Assembly: GCA_951406725.2 (NCBI GenBank)
Contig: OX597825.1
Location: forward strand, 49,476,001 to 49,540,000
Length of the DNA stretch: 64,000 nt
Direction of reading: 5' to 3'
Source: Octopus vulgaris
Lineage: Eukaryota
Each line of letters starts with the position of its first letter. Position 1 is the stretch's first letter. Both the position numbers and the translations under genes were made by a program. Positions 54,882 through 64,000 of the stretch are shown piece by piece. The notes beneath the pieces were generated by a model. It made no database searches. It was not told where the DNA came from and saw only the letters and a program-made list of their open reading frames with translations.

Positions 54882-55392
54882 TTTTTATAATTGCTAGAGA
54901 GCCACTCATAATATATTGTGTTTAATATATATTAATATATCATTGCAGTATCTTCTTGTATTGAGGATATATAACGCTAACTGTTCGAACTTGGCGCTGT
55001 TTAATAACGGTTTCCTATTCTCATTTACTATTACGAAGCAAACTATCTATTTAGCCCTGAGAAGTCGGTAGATTTTTCTAAAGAGAAATTAGACATTGGT
55101 ATAATTTTCGAAATCATTTGACAAAGTATTGTCCAGCTATTTCTTTTTATGAGTTTATCTCGCAAGTGAAAGACCGTTTGTGTTTTCTGTGCCCGCTTCC
55201 CGTAAATATAATGAGATTAGTGCTTTCTGTGGCTTTAAGATTTAATTTTGACTCTTATTTTTAGCAATCACTGGTGCTATTTCGCACCCTTTATTAATCA
55301 ATTCCTTTTTGGTTTTTAATTGCTAGTGAGCCATTCATACGATAATGTGTTTAATATAACTTAATATAACAATATATCATTGTAGTATCTCG
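54882..55392 (+). repeat. ~70-bp direct repeats flanking a ~370-bp interior (possible PLE partial tandem)
   Basis: taattgctag(a/t)gagcca(c/t)tcata...tgtgtttaatata...aatatatcattg(c/t)agtatct at ~54888-54953 and ~55317-55391. Confidence 0.6.
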
Positions 55393-56499
55393 TTGTATGT
55401 GTGTATGTCTGTGTGTTTGTGAGTGTTTGTTGTGAATGTTGGGATTGTATTGTGTGTATATGTGTGTGATTTTTGCTTTTGAGTGTGTAAGATTTTTTAC
55501 TGGTGAACGGGCGTATTGCGATTTTATGTGTGTCTGTGTACACATGTGTGCCTATATACGTATGGGGGGGTGTATTTGCGTGTTTCTGTGTGTATCTGTG
55601 TATGTGTGGGTATGTTTGAGTGAATGTGATTTGTAATTGTCAGAGTGGTCATCATGTCAGATCATATGATGATGTGGCATTAATATATATTATCTGTTAT
55701 GTGCATGCTTCACTTGTGTTTCCACTTGTGTGAAATTCTGGTATGTCATGCATCAGAAACTTGTAATATAGTCATATTTGTCGATGAAGCTCTTTCAACA
55801 TAAATTCATTTATATTTTAAGGCACCAGTTTTTACGTGGGAGGTACTGACCTTATGTAGGCGCTGGATATATAGAAGGGGATGTTAGGTGTGAGGGGCGG
55901 TGAAGTATTATAATTGACATGCTAAATTTTACCTAAGTAGTAATTATATTCTACATGATAACATTTATAATGGCTATTGAAATAAGATTAGATTTCATCA
56001 AATAAAGGAAGTCACTAACTTGCAATCTGCAAATCTTGTTTTTATAAATTTTTTATCATTTCATTATTAAAAGCTTATAAAATCCATTTCTAGAGTAAAT
56101 TTTATAAATTATCATCCGTGTTACGTTAATGTAGTCGTAATACATTGCAAGACACTCAAGTGGGCACTAGGTAGGACAACTACTTAAAATAACAGCGATG
56201 CCAAAAAAAAAAGGTTTAAGAACCATTCGCTAAGCCTTCACATTATTTTATTGATTTCAATTTTAGGCCTTTAAATAGAATTATTATCCTCTAACATGGC
56301 TTTTATCCTCTAACAAGATTTTTATAGTATTGTTCCCGTCAAGACTAATGATTTTCTTTATTGTCTTCTTCAATAATTATTTGTTTAGCAGTTTTCATTT
56401 CTTTGTTTTCCCATTTACATGTTGAAGTTTCATATTTTCATTTCCTTGGTTAGTGGGTTCTTTTAAACAATTTAAATACGTTCTTATATATGTGTGTGT

Positions 56500-57200
56500 G
56501 TATGTATGTGTGTGCCCCAACCTACAACAAGGCTCGGGATTCCTACTCGAACAAGGAGACAGGTTCACAATTAAAACCACTGGTGCTTCCAAGAATCTAA
56601 TTTATGTTATAACTTGCTCAGGTTGTGGTCATAACTACATAGGACAAACAAATGTGACACTGAGATGAAGAACCACACTGCATAAGGAACAGACACGGTT
56701 CCGGCAATACAGACAGATTCATCTGAGTGAACACATAGAGGGATATACAGGTAGTAACCAAACTTCACAGATTTCCCCATCTACCAGTACAAAGAAACGA
56801 TTTCTATACAAGAATGCTTAAATAATGAAAATTTGCCCATCGAGAAATATAGAACGTGTCTAAATATGAACGCATAACTAACTTTGATCTCAGTATATAT
56901 TTTAATTCATAATCACATACCCATTACTATACGTATTTTATCTCAGTACTTAATCTTTGAGCTTTGTATATATTTATCCCCACACCGAGAGATGAAAACT
57001 TACCTCGCTTGTCCCCAATAACAAGATCACCAGTTACCTCTCCTTAGATTTTTTTTCTTTTTGAATTATTAATAAAAAGTTCTCCACACACAGCATGCAC
57101 TAAATTTTTCTTAATAAAATACGAATTTACAATAATTTCAATGTCATCATTAGCGAAGCAAAACAGGTCGACAAACATAATATAAAATATATTTTAAAAT
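56500..57200 (+). mobile_element. PLE 3' fragment with a GIY-YIG endonuclease (Neptune-like) and a decayed hammerhead
   Basis: SKNLIYVITCSGCGHNYIGQTNVTLR*RTTLH...LSEHI, then tgtc-atcatta-gc-gaa-gc-aaaac-ag-GTC-gaca at 57142-57173. Confidence 0.8.
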
Positions 57201-57321
57201 ATATCAAAACTATCTTAAGAGTGTGCATTTTCCTTCTTTCATTTTATATATATATTTTCTTTGCATTACAACTCACCACATGGGTATATTCGAAAATACT
57301 CACTTTGTGATTTATACATAC

Positions 57322-57370
<49 letters not shown>

Positions 57371-57499
57371 CTTGTGACTGAAGGTACCGCGTGTAGGACC
57401 TATATTACTAGAAATATGAGTTGAATCATTTACCTTATATTTCGCTTTGGGATTTGGTTTGCAAGATTCTTTATATGTGCTCGTGTGTTGAAGCATATT

Positions 57500-57660
57500 C
57501 TGTTGTGTCTGAGTCATTTTCTTCTTGTGCCTTATAATGTAACACGCTCACCGGTAAATAAAAATTGGAAAATAAAAATAAGAAATAAGTTTAAATTTTA
57601 CCGGTGAGTGTGTTACATTATAATGCACGGAAAGAAAATGACTCTCCCCAGACACAACAG
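57500..57660. repeat. Inverted repeat (~60-bp arms) between TA tracts
   Basis: ctgttgtgtctgagtcattttctt..gtgccttataatgtaacacgctcaccggtaaa / tttaccggtgagtgtgttacattataatgcac..aagaaaatgactc..cagacacaacag. Confidence 0.85.
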
Positions 57661-57769
57661 TATTTAACATATATTTCTAGTTATTTATGTGCAAACCGAT
57701 ACCGTCCGTCACAATGAGTTACAATTGAATTTTTCCTTTTTGGTTTGATATTGCGTATAGCTGTCTTCG

Positions 57770-57820
<51 letters not shown>

Positions 57821-58399
57821 CATAAATACATACATACATATACATACATGCATATATATATATATATACATATACACACATATATATGTAAATATATGCG
57901 CATATACATACATATAAATATACATGTATATATGTGTGTTTATATTATATATATATACATGTATATATATATATATAGAGAGAGTGTGTGTGTGTAAGTG
58001 TCTGTGAGAGAGAGAGAGAAAGAAAGAGAGAAATTGAGAAGTTTAATTTTGTAACAAGGATAATTAAGTATTTCATCATAAGGTAATCACTGTACTATCG
58101 GACAAGGAATAATGAATTATTTAATATCACATTGGATCATAATCATTTGAGTGGAGGTTAAATATTTATGCAATGTATAGGTCACTGTTTTTCATAAGTT
58201 TAACCACTGTATATTTATATAGTAAGATAATAATCTGAAAATATATTTAGTAGTTTCATGGTTCTGTCAAATTCACCGCAACATGTGTAGCAACATATGA
58301 AAAGTATGAGATAGTTTACATGTTCCTAATGTCCAAAAAGGTGGCAGTAACATTACTGAAATTGAAAGAATCAGACATGTTTCGCTTAGTTCATTGAAA

Positions 58400-58430
<31 letters not shown>

Positions 58431-59419
58431 CTTGTCTTTTTTTCTTTTCCTCCTCTCTCTCTCCCAATGTATGCAAGCATTCGTATATTATTTCAGTTGA
58501 TTAATGAATAGATTATTAAACACCATAATGTATTTTCCGTAAGTATTTGCCTTTGTATTTGGTAGCTAAGATATAAGTTTTAATTATGCTATCATCTAAA
58601 TATAATATAATTATAAGTTATTATTATTATTATAATTAAATTAAATTTAATAATAATAGTATAGAACTGATATTATAAAACGCTCTATTGTGATTAAAAG
58701 CATTTCTATTGTAAGTATGGATTTCCGGAACTATTTTCGTAAGCAATAAATGTATAAATATATAAACATCGATTTACAGTGGTATTTTCCACTGATAAAC
58801 TAAGAAAATTTGTGTTATTTACTTGTTAATAACTAAGAATAATGTTTATATTAGTACGCATAAATAGATTAGAATAATTCTTAAATATAATTATATAACT
58901 GTTTGCATATATGAATATTTCCTGCAGACCCTATAATATTTAGTATATAGCATCATCTTATTTTCTTTCTAACTTATATACACATAAAAACAATGGAAAA
59001 ATAAAACTACTGGCTTACTCTAATTTATTTATTTCTGTAAAACTAAGTAAAATTCTAATAATTTATTTAATCATATATTATCATTTTTGTAAGAAATAGT
59101 ATAGCTTATAATAATCGTAACTATATAAATTTGTTTAAACTTGGCGTATTTTGTAGGAACTTTTGATTTCATGAATCGTTGATTAAAATTATTTTAATGA
59201 ATATAGTGAGTGAACTATAGATTCATGTTTTCGTAATAGGATATAGAAATTTTAGATGAAATATATTTCTTACTCTACCATAAATTCTCAAAATATTTAC
59301 AGTTTATCATATAAATTTTATGATTAATTTAGATTAAAATATCTTTAGATTAATATTATAAAGAAGCATAAGAACATTTCATTTTATGACTGTTGTCAAT
59401 TTCTCATATGTATTTTAAG

Positions 59420-60240
59420 ATCTAAATAAGAACATTTATAAACCTTCTAGAAAGCCCAACGATAGACTTAGATATATTAATATGGGTTCAGCCATCCCCC
59501 ATAGTGTTTTAAAATTTAGTTAAAAACATTAGCAAAAGAATTTATAGTATATCTTCCGATAGGGACATTTTTAATAGCGTTGCCCCAGTATATAATAAGG
59601 CTCTACAAGATAGTGAATTTAGCGAGGAAATAACCTATACACCTGCCACCAGTCCAATAATAAAGAAAAGGGAACATGGGAATAGGAAAAATGTTTGGTT
59701 CACACCGCCTACTCACCCGAAGTACAGGCAAGTATTTCTTGGCATTGATTGATAGACATTTACCAGTCAACCATAATTACAGAAAGCTCTTCAATAGACA
59801 TAACTTAAAAATCAATTTCAGCTCAACTACTAATTTTAAAAATATAATCGCACACATCACACAAAAACCACAATATCAAACCAGTTGTTTATGCAGGGAT
59901 AAATATTTGTGCCCGCTAAACGGAGCGTGTTTGTCCCAGACCATCATGTATGAAGCCACCGCGGACTCTATATCTACTAAGGACACGGTTTCGACGAAGA
60001 AATACGTGGGCCTTACAGAGGGTAATTTCAAGGCCAGGTACAATAATCACAGCTTGAGTTTCGGAAAAAAGTAAAACGACCAAATTATCTGGTCCTTAGA
60101 AGATAAAGGTGGCAGTTACAATATCCATTGGAAGATCTTATCCAAGTAAGAGTCTATACCTCGTAGAATTCATGCTATAATTCCTGCCAAAGTAGGTCCT
60201 ACCGTATATTAAAATAAATTTTCTTGAAATTTTAAAGTGC
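59420..60240 (+). mobile_element. Degenerate Naiad-type PLE 3' part (thumb + GIY-YIG)
   Basis: YKPSRKPND..RYIN, WFTPP, KLFNRHNLKINFS, CLCRDKYLCPLNGACL, IMYEA...KYVGLTEGNFKARYNNH. Confidence 0.85.
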
Positions 60241-60432
60241 TTCCATTATTTTGTTTAACCACTGTATATAATTATTAAATAGGAAATCTGCTATGGATCC
60301 ATAACTACCGCCTCGGATACAAATTTGCAGCCCCAGTAATCCGTTACAACACTTATCTAGCGTGCCTCATCGTTTACATCACCTACGCACTGAACCCACA
60401 TACGTTATATATGTATATGTGTGTGTATACAA

Positions 60433-60490
<58 letters not shown>

Positions 60491-60500
<10 letters not shown>

Positions 60501-60709
60501 GTGAAACAATGGAGTCGAACGACGATTTTAACAAAATTCCTTTATTCTCGACATATGTTTCGAAGACTGCATATATTTAATTCCGAAGGAATAAAGGGTG
60601 CATTATGCCGCCTTCGGAATTAAAAATATGCAGTATTCGAAACATATGTCGAGAATAAAGGAATTTTGTTAAAATCGTCGTTCAACTCCATTCTTTCACT
60701 TATTTATAT
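60491..60709. repeat. Inverted repeat (~97-bp arms, 21-nt spacer) directly upstream of the PLE ORF; contains the 3' half of a hammerhead motif
   Basis: Arms 60491-60589 and 60611-60709. Each carries c-GAAAC-atat-GTC-gag-AATAAA. Confidence 0.9.
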
Positions 60710-60913
60710 TTATAGTTAAAAAAAACAAACAAATTTCCACACGAAAACACGTGATTTCTGCCCCTGGCATGTAGCTTCAACCGTGTTTTCTGACGTGAAT
60801 TTGCTACCCGGGTATCGGTTAACCGAATTGTCCATACTAGGATAATTCATTCACCTACTTAAATACTCTTATACAGTCTCCTTGAGATCCTGCTATCTTA
60901 ACCGATAACGCAA

Positions 60914-63553
60914 ATGGAGTTGTTCGACATTAACGCATCCCTTAAGGACATACCAATACCACCGAAAGAAACCTTCCTTAAGGAAATTGTGAACAAAACT
61001 AATGCATTTATCATCCGCATCAGATGGCTCGCCTTCTTCCATGATAATGAGGACATAAAACGGAACAGTAACGACGTCTCTTTTGAATATAAAAAACTAT
61101 TTAGGTCGAGAGGAACCCATCCACCTAATCCCACACTGAAGAAATTTGAAAATGATCTGTGGGACATCGTAAGGAACAATAAATTTCGTAAATCACCCCT
61201 TAGGAATAAACACCTCAAATACCTCGATAAAGTCGCCAGAGATATAAACAGATTAGACGCTATCCTGGTCCAATCGGATAAAACCGGGGACATATATAAG
61301 CTTGCAAAGGATCATTATTTAGAAATGCTCAAAAAAGAAATACATAAGAATTACAGGACAACAAATAGGAATACACTCAGACAGGCCAACTTAGAAATTA
61401 AGAAAATCATGGAAACGTATGGATTACAAATGAAAACACAACCGCTGAAACCCAGACAACCGAGATTCATCGTTAAGGACCATAAACAGAACTTTCATAC
61501 CAACCCGGCATTAAGGCTCATATGCCAATCTAGTTCCGACATCGGTACCCTTAGTAAGTACATTTTAGATAAATACATACCTATATTAATCAATAAGTTA
61601 AAACTCAGCTTATGGTGTAACTCCACTCAAGTCGTAGAGTGGTTTACTTCTATTACTAATAAGGACAACACAAAATTTATACAATTCGATATATCTAGTT
61701 TCTACCCTTCGATCAACCCTAGTGTACTCAATAAGGCCCTATGGCACGCACATAATAAGAGAGGCCTCTCCAGGGAGGAAATTAATGTGATATTAGCAGC
61801 TAGAAATTCTTTCATACAGTTCGATAATAAGTTGTGGGTCCGCAGAGATACCCCCAACGCATTCGATGTGCTAATGGGAAGCACAGACAGCGCCCAGATA
61901 GCCGATTTGGTCGGAATTTATATTCTCTATGAATTGGCCGACCAATTCCCAGACCTCTGTGGCGGTCTGTATCGAGACGATTGTCTACTTTACCTCCAGA
62001 ATGCTCCGAACAATAGAATACAGAAGATTAAGAAGAGATTAGCTAAATTTTTTAGGAGAATGGACTTAAGCATAGTTTTTGACGATGAATTATCTAAAGC
62101 CAACTTCTTAGACGTTACCCTAAATCTGCAGAATAATTCATACTTCCATTATAATAAACCTTCTACTAATCTTAAATATATCAGCATTTTCAGTAACCAT
62201 GCCAAAACTATTACCGATAATTTAGTTAAAAATATTTCTTTAAGACTGTCAAAAGTATCTGCTAATGGCGACATCTTTAACCAGAAAGCGGAATTTTATA
62301 ACGCCGCCTTGTCAAAAGCCGGTTATAGAGATAATGTATCATACAACGACCTGGCCCATTCTAAACCAATATATGCTTCTCAGGATAAGAAAACTAATAA
62401 CAATAGAAATAGTGAGAATAATGATTTCAGCTCTAACAACGTCAGCACCAATGTACTTAAGAAAAATAATTTACGGACAAGGGGAGGCAATCGACAACCA
62501 ACCCCAATTTTCCAGCACAGAAATATTCCCTTTAATGTAACTAGTAACGCTTTCAGCAATTCTAAGTCTACAAAAAATTATATCTGGTTTGTTATACCTT
62601 TCGGAAAACAAATCAAGTCAAACCTTCCTTTACAGTTCCGTGAAGCTGTAGCTAGGAACTTTCCCAGGAATTCTAGGTATCACTCTACTATCAATTCGCA
62701 TAAGGTAAGGATTGCATTCTCTAACACTAGAAATCTTTCGCAAATTATTGCCTCCGATAATAACAAGCTGCTCAACAAGGATTCTTCACCCGGGTGTTAC
62801 GACACTATTCTTATCAATTCCAACCAAACATACAATAATAATAATAGAAATAGTATTGATAATAGCAACATTCGTAACAGCGTTGGTATTAACAATGGTA
62901 GTATTAATAATAATACTAGCTGGATTAATAACAGTGGTAGTGTTGATGGTAACAACGACAGCATTTCTAATAACAGTGGTAGTGTTGATGATAACAACGA
63001 CAGCATTTCTATAGTCAGGGATATTGCCGGCGATAGTACAATTAATAATAATAACAATAATAGAACTAGTATAGTGGTCAATGCTAGCAATAATATTAAC
63101 AGCAATCATAACAATAAAAACTCCGTCTTAGTCTCGGAGGTAAACCGTTACAGATTAAAGTTCTTGTCCAGTAATTCCAAAATTAGAAATTCTATTTACC
63201 AGTGTAAAATTTCTTCCGGTACCGGTGTCTTCTTCTATATTGGGGCGACTACTTCTAAATTGTCCCAGAGAATTTCCAATCATTATTCAACTTTCCGAGA
63301 TAAGAGAAAACAATAGAGTACAGGACTAAGTAAATTAGTTTGGCGTCTTAAGGACAGCAATATAACTTTCAAGCTGGATTGGTCCATATTGTCCGTATCC
63401 TTTCCTTTTGATAAGGGCAGGAAATATTGTGGCGTCTGTAATTCCGAGCTCTTCTATATTCTTTTCGCCAAATTCCCCTTGGTAAACACAATAATAGAAA
63501 AATCCTATAAGTGCATGCACTGGCAGAAGCACACTTTCCACTCATATGAATGA
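60914..63553 (+). CDS. Penelope-like element (Naiad-type) RT + GIY-YIG polyprotein; 800-aa ORF, a single in-frame TAG (63314-63316), then 78 more codons
   Basis: RT-region motifs KDIPIP, IRWLAFF, SDKTG, KDHKQNF, FDISSFYPSI, FDVLMGSTDSAQIADLVG, GLYRDD, NFLDVTL. Endonuclease IYQC..YIGAT..RISNH, and after the TAG: TGLSKLVWRLK..W.I..CGVCNSE..VN..CMH. Confidence 0.92.
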
Positions 63554-64000
63554 TGATTAATATAGATAGCCTCTTAGAATTTAATAATTTAGTTCCACTT
63601 TTACAACACCGCCATAGACAAATCTTTTCTTATACTCTGTTACATGAAGAGCTACTACCAAATTTCGTTGGGGTATGTTTTACCTCTGTCTCTCTACCTC
63701 CCCCTCTCTCTCTCCCTCTCTCTATCATAAGTACAATCAAACACACAGACACAAATTTGTCACTTCACCTCTAGATGTATTTGTCATGTGTCCCCCCCCC
63801 CACATACAATCACGCACACACATACACACACACAGACACTAATGCAGTTATATACATACACACACATAGGCACTCAAACTCATTAGCAAAAGCAAACAAC
63901 CACGCATCCCCATACATACGACTTGCACCCTGTCCCCTTCCTATTCTTAGAACTTTCTCTTTCGAACCAATTTTGAACTCTTGAACTTTTTAGAACATTC

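Noticed and set aside
62786-63109. Antisense hydrophobic ORFs
   Set aside because: They are shadows of the AAT/AAC-rich linker of the PLE ORF.
63550-63650. SECIS/selenoprotein signal for the Naiad-type ORF
   Set aside because: The internal stop is TAG rather than TGA and is not at a Cys position. No convincing SECIS stem was seen by eye.

Overview
AT-rich, microsatellite-dense eukaryotic intergenic/intronic DNA, almost certainly an invertebrate; the SINE families and (TA)n density look like Octopus/cephalopod (inference). I find no convincing intact host gene. The window is a layered transposon graveyard. It holds two R4/Dong-like RLE-LINE relics, a non-autonomous Helitron carrying a Tx1/L1 ORF1 fragment, several Tc1/mariner relics and a probable hAT relic. 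It also holds many tRNA-derived SINEs, two MITE-like foldbacks and a full-length Tx1/L1-type LINE inserted with a 16-bp TSD into a SINE head. A cluster of Penelope-like elements (PLEs) at 52-63.6 kb includes a nearly intact Naiad-type RT+GIY-YIG ORF. The most interesting signal is a diverse set of hammerhead-ribozyme-like motifs in short repeats beside (TA)n tracts. These include a U3-A8 covariant core, a trio with complementary core deletions, and a circularly permuted, pseudoknot-like arrangement shared by two otherwise dissimilar repeat families. All RNA structure calls were made by eye and none were computed.
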